From Trueperaceae bacterium (lineage in GTDB: Bacteria > Deinococcota > Deinococci > Deinococcales > Trueperaceae), in the NCBI GenBank assembly GCA_965214405.1, contig OZ243956.1, forward strand, positions 1,856,001-1,920,000: a stretch of DNA of 64,000 nt, read 5' to 3'. A program made the translations under genes and the position numbers. Shown piece after piece: positions 40,473-50,802 of this stretch; the first letter of the stretch is position 1, and every line of letters starts with the position of its first letter. Under the pieces are notes generated by a model. The model saw only the letters and a list, made by a program, of their open reading frames with translations. It was not told the origin of the DNA and searched no databases.

Positions 40473-41078
40473 TCAATCCGCCTCGAGCCCCGCCCCACCA
40501 AACTCGGCCCTGAACGCGACCCCCTGGTCTTGTCCCTCGGTATAAACAAGCGCCAGATTGTCCAGCGTCAGCTCCCAATCGAAAGAGCGTTGGCTAAGGT
40601 GTTGCAACACGTTTCCTACACGTGCGTGCGTGAGGTCGCCGTAGGCGAGGGTGATGTGGGGCGCCCAGCGCTCCGGCAAGTAATGCGGGTTTTCTCCCGT
40701 GGCGAGGGACGAAAGCGCATCTAGTAGTCTCGAGTGAAGCGTCATGAGCGCGGGAGTTTTGACGACGGGCAGATAGAGGATGGGACGCTCACCCGTAAAA
40801 AGCCCGAGTCCTGTGGTTCTGACCGTCAGGGGCTTGAGCCCCGCCGCAGTTTGCGCCAGCAGCGCCTCCACCTTTTCATCATCAAAGTTGCGCGCGCCGT
40901 GGTACGACAGGTGCGGGAAGGGCGCGCCGTAGATGCCGCGCAACCCGAAGCGCGTTTCTAGCTCCGCCCAAAGCTCACGTACCAGCGCGTCGTGCGTGGC
41001 GTCTAAAAAGGACACGACCGCCACGAGCCCGTCGTCCCTTCTACCTTGGGGGGCGCGGAGTGCTCGAGCTGGATTCAT
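40473..41078 (-). CDS. 2H phosphoesterase (2'-5' RNA ligase family)
   Basis: Two HxS/T motifs, PHLS and PHITLA; start uncertain. Confidence 0.8.
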   Translation of the reverse strand: MNPARALRAPQGRRDDGLVAVVSFLDATHDALVRELWAELETRFGLRGIYGAPFPHLSYHGARNFDDEKVEALLAQTAAGLKPLTVRTTGLGLFTGERPILYLPVVKTPALMTLHSRLLDALSSLATGENPHYLPERWAPHITLAYGDLTHARVGNVLQHLSQRSFDWELTLDNLALVYTEGQDQGVAFRAEFGGAGLEAD

Positions 41079-41110
41079 TCTCGCACTTTGTCCCTGCTTT
41101 GTCTGGGGGT

Positions 41111-42142
41111 CTAGGCGGGCACGGGCTCGAGTTGAGTATCGGTTTCTACGTCCGCCCCAATCTTCTCAGCCTCGACTTTTCCTACGATATCCGCCAAAGC
41201 GCGCTGCGCATGGACAAGACCATTCTCGATAAACACGTCGCTGGTGCGCGTGCCGAAACCCGCCGAGCCGATCAGGTAGAGGCCGGGCACGGTGCTCTCG
41301 AAAGTGTCTTCGTTGAGTTCCGCCGCGTAGGTATCGGGGTCTAACTCCGCCCCGATACTTTCTAAAAGCGTCGGTGAGGCGTAGTAGCCGGTCAAGGCAA
41401 AGGTGAAGTCGGTGGGGATGCGCAACGTCTCCTCCCCCCGCTCGGCAACGACTTCCGTCTCGGTAATTTCTTTGACCACCGTGTTGAAGTAGGCTTTGAT
41501 GCCGCCCTCCTTGACGCGGTTTTCTAAATTGGGCCGAATCCAGTATTTGAGCGAGTGGCGGAAATCCTCTCCGCGGTGAATCATCGTGACGTGCGCCCCG
41601 CCCCGGTAGAGGTCTAAGGCAGTGTCCGCGGCGGAACTCCCCGCACCGACAATGGTGACGTTGCGCCGCCAAAAGGGGTGCGCCTCGGTGTAGTAGTGCG
41701 AGACGTTGTCGCGTTCTTCACCGGGTACGCCCAGCCATTTGGGGTTGTCGAAATAGCCCGTGGCGAGCGCGACTTTGCGGGCGCGCAATGTCTCAGCGGG
41801 TCCCTTATCGGGTTGCACTGTGAGTTCGAAACCCTCTGGCGCACGCGTCAATCCTGTAACTGCCGTGTAGATCCGAACGTTCAGGTCCTCGTTTTGCGTC
41901 ACCTTGCGGTAGTAGTCGAGCGCTTCCTTGCGGGTCGCCTTGTCGGTCGCGGTCACGAAGGGATGGTTGCCAATCTCGAGCCGCTCCGCCGTCGTAAAAA
42001 AAGTCATATAGGTTGGGTACTCAAAAATCGCGTTGACCAAGCAGCCCTTCTCGAGCACCGCGTAATCGAGCCCCGCGCGTTTAGCTAAGATGGCGGCTTC
42101 GAGGCCGATAGGACCCGCGCCGACAATGATGAGGTCATACAT
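41111..42142 (-). CDS. ypdA: YpdA-family putative bacillithiol disulfide reductase
   Basis: IVGAGPIG, FFTTAERLEIG, EALDYYR, HYYTEAH, LKYWIRP and FIENG.VH. Confidence 0.88.
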   Translation of the reverse strand: MYDLIIVGAGPIGLEAAILAKRAGLDYAVLEKGCLVNAIFEYPTYMTFFTTAERLEIGNHPFVTATDKATRKEALDYYRKVTQNEDLNVRIYTAVTGLTRAPEGFELTVQPDKGPAETLRARKVALATGYFDNPKWLGVPGEERDNVSHYYTEAHPFWRRNVTIVGAGSSAADTALDLYRGGAHVTMIHRGEDFRHSLKYWIRPNLENRVKEGGIKAYFNTVVKEITETEVVAERGEETLRIPTDFTFALTGYYASPTLLESIGAELDPDTYAAELNEDTFESTVPGLYLIGSAGFGTRTSDVFIENGLVHAQRALADIVGKVEAEKIGADVETDTQLEPVPA

Positions 42143-42213
42143 AAGGGGGATGGTAGCAAAGGGGGGGTCGGGGAGCGATAGCAAGGCTTACAGAAGGGTT
42201 GAAAAGCGGGTTT

Positions 42214-42876
42214 TTAGACGAGACTGCTGGGGCAAAGCGTACGGAGTGCGCAGCCTTCGCAGTTCGGACGGCGCGCGAAGCAGACGCGGCGACCGTGCAA
42301 GATGAGCGCGTGGTGGAGAAAAATCCAGTGCGACCGGGGGAAAAGCTTCTCCAAATCCGCTTCGACTTTATCGGGATTTTTGTGCTTTGAAAACTCGAGC
42401 CGCCGCGCAAGCCTTCCTACGTGCGTGTCCACCGCGATGGCGGGCCGACCAAAGGCGTTAGACAGCACCACGTTGGCGGTTTTGCGCCCGACGCCGGGCA
42501 GCGTGAGGAGCGCGTCAAAGGCGTTGGGCACCGCGCCGCCGTAGGCCTCGGTAAGCCGTTGGGCCGTGGCGACGATGTTTTTGGCTTTGGTTTTGTAGAG
42601 TCCGATGCTCTTGACGAAGGGCTCGAGCGCCTCCGGCGTGGCCGCGGCCAAGGTTGAAGCGTCCGGGTAACGCGCGAACAAGGCGGGGGTCGCGGCGTTT
42701 ACGCTCACGTCGGTGGCCTGGGCGGACAGAATGGTGGCGATGAGGAGTTCAAAAGGATTCGTGTGCTCGAGTTCGGTTTTGGCGTCGGGGTAGAGGTGCT
42801 CGAGACCTTGCAGCACCGCCTCGGCTCGCTTTTGAAGGTCTTCGCTTTCATCTACTGACCTGAGTTCTGGAGACAT
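42214..42876 (-). CDS. nth: Endonuclease III
   Basis: LSAQATD, HhH LPGVGRKTA, VDTHV and C-x6-C-x2-C-x5-C Fe-S motif. Confidence 0.96.
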   Translation of the reverse strand: MSPELRSVDESEDLQKRAEAVLQGLEHLYPDAKTELEHTNPFELLIATILSAQATDVSVNAATPALFARYPDASTLAAATPEALEPFVKSIGLYKTKAKNIVATAQRLTEAYGGAVPNAFDALLTLPGVGRKTANVVLSNAFGRPAIAVDTHVGRLARRLEFSKHKNPDKVEADLEKLFPRSHWIFLHHALILHGRRVCFARRPNCEGCALRTLCPSSLV

Positions 42877-43020
42877 ACGCTATTGTACCGAGCCAGAGCG
42901 CGCCTCACGCGGTTAGAAGGCTCGAGGGGACAAGTAACAAATTTTTCAGCAGGCGCGCTCTATGGCCGCTAAACTTAGCTCTATATTAGCGCCAGTCAAG
43001 GCCTTAATCCGGAGGAAAAG

Positions 43021-44250
43021 ATGCCAGTATACGAGTACAAAGCGAGGGACCGTAGCGGCAAATTGGTCACCGCCACGATGGAGGCGGGCTCGCAGCGCGA
43101 CGTCGCCTCCTCACTACGCGAAAAAGGCTACTTTATTAGCGAAATCAAAGCGCCCAAAACGGGGCTCAACGCCGACCTCAAGCTGCCCGCGTGGCTCGAC
43201 ATCGGCGGCAAGGTGACCCCGCGCGACATCACCGTGTTTAGCCGCCAGTTCGCCACGGTGATTAACGCGGGTTTGCCCGTGGTGCAGTCGCTCGCCATTT
43301 TGCAACGTCAGGCCGAAAAGCCGAGTCTAAAAAACGCGCTCAAAAAAGTTCGTGAGGACGTCGAGACGGGGCTTCCCCTCAGTGAAGCGCTCGCCAAATT
43401 TCCCAACATCTTTAACCGCCTCTACATCTACTTGGTGCGCGCGGGCGAGGTCTCGGGTAATTTAGACGGCATCTTGGAACGTATCGCCTCGTATCAGGAA
43501 AAGCAGGCGGCGCTCCGCGGCAAGATCAAGAGCGCCTTGACCTACCCCGTGGTGGTGCTCGTCATCGCCCTGGGTGTGACCTACTTCTTGCTCACGGCCA
43601 TCGTGCCGCAGTTTGCAAGCATCTTAGAAGGCCTTGGCGGTGACCTACCCCTTATCACTCGTATGCTCATGAATATAAGTGACTTTCTACGCTATCAGTG
43701 GTGGCTGCTCGCGCTCCTGAGCGTTGGGTCGTTTATGGGCGTAGGCTTTTTCTACCGCACACCGCAGGGCCATCATATGATCGACGGCCTCCTGCTCAAA
43801 GCGCCCGTTTTGGGTACTTTGCTCCAAAAAACCGCCATCGCCAGTTTTTCGAACACTTTCGGTTTGCTCCTAAAGAGCGGCGTCAACATTATCGAATCCA
43901 TCGAAATCACCAAGGGCACCTCGGGCAACGTGATTGTCGAAAACGTGCTCGACGAGGCCAAAGACGGGGTGCAACGCGGCGAGCAAATTAGCACCACACT
44001 GATCGAGCACCCGCGCGTGTTCCCGCCGCTGGTAAGTTCGATGATCGCCATCGGCGAGGAGACGGGCGCGGTGGACGGGATGTTGGAAAAAATCGCCATC
44101 TTTTACGAGCGCGAGGTAAACGAGGCGGTCGAAGGACTCACCGCGGCTTTAGAGCCCCTGCTTATCGTGTTCTTGGGTGGCGTGGTCGGGTTTATCGTGG
44201 CCGGGATGTTCCTGCCGATGTTTGCGATTATCGGGCAGTTGAGCGGCTAA
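43021..44250 (+). CDS. pilC: Type IV pilus inner-membrane platform protein (T2SS F family)
   Basis: FSRQFAT, AGEVSGNLD, SALTYP, IGEETG and LEP..MFLPMF. Confidence 0.93.
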   Translation: MPVYEYKARDRSGKLVTATMEAGSQRDVASSLREKGYFISEIKAPKTGLNADLKLPAWLDIGGKVTPRDITVFSRQFATVINAGLPVVQSLAILQRQAEKPSLKNALKKVREDVETGLPLSEALAKFPNIFNRLYIYLVRAGEVSGNLDGILERIASYQEKQAALRGKIKSALTYPVVVLVIALGVTYFLLTAIVPQFASILEGLGGDLPLITRMLMNISDFLRYQWWLLALLSVGSFMGVGFFYRTPQGHHMIDGLLLKAPVLGTLLQKTAIASFSNTFGLLLKSGVNIIESIEITKGTSGNVIVENVLDEAKDGVQRGEQISTTLIEHPRVFPPLVSSMIAIGEETGAVDGMLEKIAIFYEREVNEAVEGLTAALEPLLIVFLGGVVGFIVAGMFLPMFAIIGQLSG

Positions 44251-44251
44251 T

Positions 44252-44348
44252 TGTAGGGAACAGGGTCTTCTTTGCAATTATAAATTCAACTTTGCATTAA
44301 CTTTGCAATTTGTGATAAGCTATCTTTGCAACAGAGGTAGCTTATCAC
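44252..44348. repeat. tnsA-proximal transposon end with putative TnsB-binding repeats
   Basis: 5'-TGT at 44252; CTTTGCA at 44270, 44290, 44301 and 44324; 11-bp IR GTGATAAGCTA/TAGCTTATCAC (44312-44348). Confidence 0.65.
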
Positions 44349-44418
44349 TTCTTGTGTAGCTTGACATCCGCCTTCACTTCTACTTAGTAGGAGCTATGCG
44401 CCCGAACGGAGCTAGAAG

Positions 44419-45153
44419 ATGCAGGGTTACTCCCTCACTTACTTGGACCGCAGAAATGTACTTCATCTTAAGCGGCAGTTCGACTCGCTAACAATGACGC
44501 AGGTGAAAGAGTTCTCCCAAATAAGGGAGATTAAAGCGTACAAGGGTCAGAAGCACATGCCGGGCCATTTTTACATGACGAAGACGGATAGCTTGGTCGC
44601 TTACGAGAGCAGGCTCGAGATGTTCGTCCTCATGCAGCTCGACTTTAATCCGACTACGGTGAGCGTCGTCTCACAACCTTTTATTATTCACGTTACTGAC
44701 GGCAAAAACAGCTTTAAACATATTCCGGATTTTCTCGCGGTCTCAGCCGTGGAGGAAGTCACTGTTATAGACGTCAAGCCAAAAAAGTTTGCGGACAAAA
44801 CAGAGAATAAACGTAAATTCGGGGCTACAGCAGCCGCGTGCGAGTTAGCGGGATGGAGCTACTCCGTTCAGAGTGAGCCTGATCGCCTATTTATAGAAAA
44901 TCTACAATGGCTAGCAGGCTACCGCCGACACCTCCCGACAGTTGGCACTTACGCAGAGCAGTTAATTGAAGCTTGTGAGAAGAAGTCATTGCCGTTACAG
45001 GAACTTGTATCGGAAGTAGGGCCGTCTACTCTGGTACGGCCCGTCCTCTTTCACCTCTTGTGGCACCGGCTGCTCGAGATTGACATGTGTGCGCAGCTTA
45101 ACAACAAGTCGCTGGTCGATTTTCCTAAGGAGGCCTTCCGCAGTGGCGTTTAG
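44419..45153 (+). CDS. tnsA: TnsA-like transposase endonuclease subunit
   Basis: YESRLE, SQPF and HIPDFL..IDVKP (PD-D/ExK); C-terminal LFHLLW winged helix. Confidence 0.88.
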   Translation: MQGYSLTYLDRRNVLHLKRQFDSLTMTQVKEFSQIREIKAYKGQKHMPGHFYMTKTDSLVAYESRLEMFVLMQLDFNPTTVSVVSQPFIIHVTDGKNSFKHIPDFLAVSAVEEVTVIDVKPKKFADKTENKRKFGATAAACELAGWSYSVQSEPDRLFIENLQWLAGYRRHLPTVGTYAEQLIEACEKKSLPLQELVSEVGPSTLVRPVLFHLLWHRLLEIDMCAQLNNKSLVDFPKEAFRSGV

Positions 45154-47281
45154 AACGAGACTCACTTATGGGGACCGCGTTTGGTACGACGGAAACGCAC
45201 ACGAAGTCAAAGGATTTGAGGGTGGCAACGTCAAACTTCGCTCCCAGGCTGGGCGCCTCTTGAATATTTCACTCAACGTCCTTCTGTCTGCTGAAGACTA
45301 CAAGCTTTTAGACAAAGGAGATTACGAGCAGCAGGACTTGGTGACGTTCCCCGACAATTTACCAGAGGCTGCGCTCAAGCAAGCAGAGAAGCTGTTAGCG
45401 CACCTGCTCGAGGCGAGGACCGGGTACAGGTCAGGAAATCCTCTGACTGCTGAGGAGCACGAGCCGAGGGATGCTTACGACCCTACGCTCGTAAATATGA
45501 CTCAGCGGATGAAGTCCAAAGCCAAGGAACTAGGCATGGGTGTCCGCAACTTTTATAACTGTTCGAAGGCGTATGAGATGTACGGTCTCGTAGGTCTGGT
45601 TGACCAGAGGTCACTGAGAGGAAAAGGCACATCCTGGCGCGTCAACCCAAGAATCCGCGAGGGGATACTCAAGCTATTCGCAGAGCTAGAGCAGGGTTCG
45701 AATATCAGCATGATGACGATGATGCGCAAAGTCGAGCGGTGGACAAAGACAGAGTATCCGGAGGAAGAGATTGAGATGCCCTCTCAGCCGACTTTCAATG
45801 CTCTTCTTAAATCTCTTGATCAGGGTCGCGGCATCTTCGGCTCGACTAAGAACAGACAGAGCGCAGCTAACCGTCCTGAAACACCTTACAGGCAGTTCAC
45901 CGCCTCACGTCCGGGTGAGGTCGTCATCGTTGACTCTACACCCCTAGACGCCTTTGCTATTGACCCCGTCACCTTCAAGTGGGTTCAAGTTCAGCTCACC
46001 TTAGCGTACGACCTCTACACCCGCTCAATGCTCGATTGGCGCTTCACACCATATAGCGTTAAAGGCATCGACGCCGCTTTACTGCTGTTCGGAATCATTA
46101 AGCCCAAGATGATGAGAGAGGGTTGGCCTGAGAACGCGCGGTGGCCTTACGTCGGTGTACCGGAGAACGTCGTCATTGAGTTGCTCCGAGCTGACGCGCC
46201 GGATGGCTTGGCGAACGGGCCGATCGTCAACCCCGAAGCCGTCGTCATCGACAACGGAAAGGTTTTCCTTTCTCAAGCGTTCACGCATGGCTGTAAGCGC
46301 TTAGGCATTAGCATCCGGCTCGCCCGCCCCTACACACCTACCGACAAAGCGCATATCGAAAGTGTGTTCAAAACCATTCGGCTAAAATTTGTTGAGAGCC
46401 TGAAAGGTTATAAGGGACCTGATCTATTCTCTCGGGGCAAAAATGTTGAGGCAGACGCGTTCTACTTCATCGACGAGATGGAGCGCTATTTCGCGGAGTG
46501 GGTCGCCACCTTCTGGCACAAGCGTCACCACCGTGGGTTACTGTTCCCCGAGGTGCCGCGCCTGCACCTCAGCCCTAACGACCTGTACGAGGAAGGAATA
46601 GCCAAGGCGGGTTTTATGTATGTCGTTCCCGACCAGCGCCTTTACTACGAGTTGCTCCCTACAGAATGGCGGACCGTCCAGCATTACGGCGTCGAAGTCT
46701 CGACGCTTGTTTACGACGGCGACATCCTTAATGATTACCGTGACGCGAAGTCACCCTACCTGGGCAAGCCGGAAAATGAGGGCAAATGGCCTATCCGGTA
46801 TGACCCCAGAGACAAGTCGGAAGTATACTTTTACGATCCGTCCTTAGATAAGTGGCACACGCTCTACTGGACGGGCGCGCTCTACCCGAACCGCCCCTTT
46901 GATGACTCTACGCTAGCCTTCGCTAAGCTCAAGGTCAAAGAGCGGGGGGGTAACCCTGGCAACCAGAGGGAAGTAGAGGCCACCTTGAATGAGCTACTGA
47001 ACCGTATGGACGATCACGTATTCGAGAACGAGAAGGAGCGCAAGCTGGCCGCCAAGCGCGCCATCCAAGCTCAATTGTCCAGGAGTGAGCGCCCGAACAC
47101 CGCTTCGTACTCGCTACTCGGCCCTGACGACGAAGCGCGTTTTGGCGGGGTGACCCTGACGGGCAAGGCTGATCTTGAAGTTGAGGATGACCCGACGATA
47201 ACCGAAGAGGACCTGCGGGGGACGCTCGCGCTTTTTGAAGCGGTGAGCGACTTCGACGACGATGACGACCTAGGTTTTTGA
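45143..47281 (+). CDS. tnsB: TnsB/TniA DDE transposase
   Basis: RPGEVVIVDSTPLD, IDNGKVF and KAHIES (D-D-E); Mu-like C-terminal RYDPRD; AGGAGG before GTG 45143. Confidence 0.9.
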   Translation: MAFRTRLTYGDRVWYDGNAHEVKGFEGGNVKLRSQAGRLLNISLNVLLSAEDYKLLDKGDYEQQDLVTFPDNLPEAALKQAEKLLAHLLEARTGYRSGNPLTAEEHEPRDAYDPTLVNMTQRMKSKAKELGMGVRNFYNCSKAYEMYGLVGLVDQRSLRGKGTSWRVNPRIREGILKLFAELEQGSNISMMTMMRKVERWTKTEYPEEEIEMPSQPTFNALLKSLDQGRGIFGSTKNRQSAANRPETPYRQFTASRPGEVVIVDSTPLDAFAIDPVTFKWVQVQLTLAYDLYTRSMLDWRFTPYSVKGIDAALLLFGIIKPKMMREGWPENARWPYVGVPENVVIELLRADAPDGLANGPIVNPEAVVIDNGKVFLSQAFTHGCKRLGISIRLARPYTPTDKAHIESVFKTIRLKFVESLKGYKGPDLFSRGKNVEADAFYFIDEMERYFAEWVATFWHKRHHRGLLFPEVPRLHLSPNDLYEEGIAKAGFMYVVPDQRLYYELLPTEWRTVQHYGVEVSTLVYDGDILNDYRDAKSPYLGKPENEGKWPIRYDPRDKSEVYFYDPSLDKWHTLYWTGALYPNRPFDDSTLAFAKLKVKERGGNPGNQREVEATLNELLNRMDDHVFENEKERKLAAKRAIQAQLSRSERPNTASYSLLGPDDEARFGGVTLTGKADLEVEDDPTITEEDLRGTLALFEAVSDFDDDDDLGF

Positions 47282-47291
47282 GGGGACAGCC

Positions 47292-48443
47292 GTGCTTGAT
47301 ATATACGAGGTAGACACCGACGAGATTTATCTTGACGAGCTAGATGATATCGACCTCCCCTTCGCGCAGCCTCAGCCTGTCATCTATGAGGACTGGAAGG
47401 CGTTCGTGGACCGGCCGCAACCGGTCAAACCCGAAACGCCCACGGCGGCAGGGTTCGCGAAGATGTCCGAAAGGGAGAAGCACGAGTCACGCAAGAACAG
47501 GATGCTTTATCATGCTGCGTTCGGCCCTCTAAAAATCGACTCTCACATGAAGATTAGCGGTGACCTCCTCCTGCTTTCGAACAACAACCTGCGTGCTAGC
47601 CCCGGCGCGAGAGTAGGGGGGGTGATTGACGGTGAAGGTACGTTGGGTAAGACGACCATCGTGCTCCAGATAGGCCGGAAGTACGAGAAAGCGAGACGCA
47701 AGCAAATGCGCGACCGGTTAGGCGAAGATGATCTGATGCCGAACGGTTGGGTGTTCATTCCGGTGGTTTATATCGTGCTGCCCGGCGAGACAACGCCGAA
47801 AAGCCTTTACGAGGCGCTGGCTAATTACTACGGGGTTCCCCTACCCGCAAGATATACGTTGTCCTGGTTGAAGCAGAAGGTGAGGGAGTTCGCCAGGAAC
47901 TGCGGAACGTCACTGATCATCGTGGACGAAATTCACTATCTGCAGATGAGAAACCGCAACGATAAGGACGTCAATAACCACCTGAAAGAGCTCGCCAACA
48001 TTGTCTCGGCGACGCTCGTGTATGCGGGCATTGACTGTGACGGTGCCAACCTCTTTAACGAAGGGCGCTCGGAAGACACAAAGCGCTTTTCCCAAACTCG
48101 CCGCCGCTTTAAAGAATATAAAGTGACAGCTTACACCCTCAAAACTGAGATCCAGAAGAATCGGTGGCTGAGCCTCATCAACTCCTTCGAGGCCCATATG
48201 TGTTTGGTGAAGCATGAACCGGGCTCTTTAGTTGGGCTCGGCGAGTACATCTTCTACCGTACGGGCGGATCAGTAGGTGCAGTAAGTACGCTTGTCAGGC
48301 AGGGCGCTAACTTGGCTATCAAAGAGGGAGGCGAAAAATTCACGAAAACACTGCTTAACAGGGTGAGGCTTGACAAGGGATCGGAGGAGTATCATAAGGA
48401 ATATCTCGCCCGTCAACGTGAGAGGAAAAAGGCATCGAGCTAA
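47292..48443 (+). CDS. tnsC: TnsC/TniB AAA+ ATPase
   Basis: Walker A GEGTLGKT, Walker B LIIVDEIH and RTGGSVG. Confidence 0.9.
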   Translation: MLDIYEVDTDEIYLDELDDIDLPFAQPQPVIYEDWKAFVDRPQPVKPETPTAAGFAKMSEREKHESRKNRMLYHAAFGPLKIDSHMKISGDLLLLSNNNLRASPGARVGGVIDGEGTLGKTTIVLQIGRKYEKARRKQMRDRLGEDDLMPNGWVFIPVVYIVLPGETTPKSLYEALANYYGVPLPARYTLSWLKQKVREFARNCGTSLIIVDEIHYLQMRNRNDKDVNNHLKELANIVSATLVYAGIDCDGANLFNEGRSEDTKRFSQTRRRFKEYKVTAYTLKTEIQKNRWLSLINSFEAHMCLVKHEPGSLVGLGEYIFYRTGGSVGAVSTLVRQGANLAIKEGGEKFTKTLLNRVRLDKGSEEYHKEYLARQRERKKASS

Positions 48444-49640
48444 GAGCTACAACTTCTCCGGTCAGGCGTCTGCCGTTTCGGCTCGAGCCCGTTAAGGGAG
48501 AATCCTTCCTAAGCTATATTGAGCGTCTTGCTGCACACTGCGATCTTCAAACCCCAGAACTTTTGCGTTATTTACACGTCACTGATCAACCTAAGCTTCA
48601 CGCCGTCCACACCCGCATCTTGTTCCACTTACCGAATCCCATCCTACAAAATCTCGCGCACATCACTCGCCTAGATGTGCGGGTTCTAGAGCGTATGTTT
48701 CTAGATGTCTATACAGACAAGGTTTTCGACAAGATGGTTCCTGGGTCCCGGTTGGAATCATCAGGCGGTATCGCCGCCAAAAGTTTTTGGGTAAACACTC
48801 GATCTGCATGCGCATGTCCTGAATGCATCGCTGAAGACCGAGGTGCCTGGCAACTACAATGGTTACTGCCATGGTCGTTTGCGTGTTTGCGGCACAATCT
48901 CGTTTTGCCACAGCACTGTCCAAAATGCCGTCAGCCTTTACGGAGCAACATTTCTGCGAGACCAAATGCTTTCTCATTAGCATCAGGGATACCAGTTACA
49001 GGATGCTGTGAAAACAGGTTGGGGTTTGGCGAGAAGGTAGAATCGACGGATTCAAAATGTGGTTTTGAGCTAGCACAAATGCAGGCAATTTCATTGGTCG
49101 AATGGTCAGCCTTGATTGCAGCACAACAGCGGTTAAATGACGCTATGGAAGGAAAAACGATGAAGGTGGGTGGCCAGGCAGTATCATCCGTCGATTATCT
49201 TAAGGATATTAGGGTGATATCAAAACTTTTACTCTTCGCTAGTGATATGAAACTGCTCGAAAATCTGCCCGGAGAGATGGCGAACTATATTGAAATGCTT
49301 TTTGCTGATTATCAGCTTCAGTACAGCAAGAGTCAAGTCACACCGGACTTCAAACGAGGCGGACAGCTGTGTGAGCCGTACCTTGCCTACCGTGATAACG
49401 CTGTTATGGCAGCTATTCTTCCTACAGCCACGCATATAGCTGCTAGCTCAGATTCGTCAGAACTTGCCGCACATTTAGATGAATTACTCTCTTATGTATA
49501 CAGACGTTCGAGACCGTATTCAACACGTGCAAAAAGCTTGTTGGCCAGCAAGATTTTCTCAAACCGCCTACGCCTTTTAATCTTAAAAGCTATAGGTGTG
49601 TCTGTAGTTGCTGAAGAAATCCACCTCAGATTGAAACTAG

Positions 49641-50558
49641 GGTCTGTCTGACAGAAGGGATGAAGATGGTTTAGGGTAGGCGTATGGCACGAACAGACCT
49701 AAAAGAGCAGCAGTGGCAAGCACTAAAACCGCATCTACCCCCCAATCCCCAACGGGGTCACAACTACCGCAACCACCGACAGGTCATCAACGGCATTTCG
49801 TGGCGCTTGAAAACAGGCGCTCCCTGGCGCGACGTTCCTGAACGCTACGGACCTTGGCAGACCTGCTGGGACCGCTTCACGAGGTGGGAGCGCAACGGTG
49901 TCTGGAAGCGCATCCTGCACAGGCTTCAAGCTCACGCCGATGCGGCGGGTGAGATTGATTGGGACGGCGCAGCGTTAGACAGCTCTCATATTAAAGCGCA
50001 CCGCAGCGCCAGCGGGGCGAGGAAGCGGCCTGCTGAGGGTGAAAAAAGGGGACCTTAGCAGACGAGTGGCTGGGACACTCACGCGGAGGCCACACCAGCA
50101 AGGTGCATACCTGCGCGGACGGCAAAGTGCGACCCCTGTCCGTGGTCATCACGGCGGGACAGCGCAACGACGCCGCTTGGCTAGAGCCGGTCTTGGACGA
50201 GATTTATGTGCCCCGCCTTGGCAGAGGGCGACCGCGTAAGCGCCCCCCTCAGCTTAGACTCGACCGCGCTTATGGTTTCAACAAGCAGCGGAAGATACTA
50301 AGGCGCAGGGGCATCATCTGTATCAGCCCCGAGCGCGAAGATGCCAAGAAGTCTCGCTTGTCTAAGGGCACAAAAGGTGGACGACCTCCTGCTTTCGATA
50401 AGCAAGCCTACAAAGGACGTAACGTGGTCGAACGCTGCATCAACCGACTTAAAGACTTTCGCGCCGTTGCCACCCGCTACGACAAACGCGGCAGAAACTA
50501 CCGTGCTGGTGTGCTCCTCGCCTCCATCATCCTCTGGCTTTGATTAGTCAGACAGACC
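49641..50558 (+). mobile_element. IS5-family insertion sequence (IS427-like, two ORFs)
   Basis: IRs GGTCTGTCTGAC / GTCAGACAGACC flanked by CTAG at 49637 and 50559 (CTAG or TA duplication). Confidence 0.92.
49684..50543 (+). CDS. IS5 transposase expressed through a -1 frameshift near 50042-50051
   Basis: ORF A has [15 protein letters not shown] and LDSS. The AAAAAAGGGG run leads into the -1 frame LGHSRGG.TSKVH, DRAY and [21 protein letters not shown]. Confidence 0.9.
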
Positions 50559-50802
50559 CTAGCTGAGTTTGACGCCTTGTTGAAAAGACTCGCAAAACGG
50601 ATAACGGAGCTGAGGCTAGAGCGCCAGCTCACCTTAGATGAGGTGGCGAGAATGACATATATAAGTTTGCCCGTGCTCACCGCTATCGAGGCAGCCAAGC
50701 ACAACATGACGATCATCGAGCTTTATCGCTTGGCTCGTATATTCGATATGTGGCCTAATGAGCTCGTTGCAGAGGCGGAGGAAACTGGGTAACAATGAAA
50801 AA

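Larger units (their letters stand above)
48422..50792 (+). pseudogene. tniQ: TniQ with a C-terminal XRE HTH, interrupted by IS5
   Basis: Frame open from 48422 encodes LPFRLEPVKGESFLSYIERLA, CPEC and WLLPWSFAC..H..CPKC. Removing the IS rejoins it in frame to the HTH ORF at 50577-50792. Confidence 0.8.

Noticed and set aside
50577..50792. Stand-alone XRE regulator
   Set aside because: It is in frame with tniQ once the IS5 is removed, so it is treated as the severed C-terminal domain.
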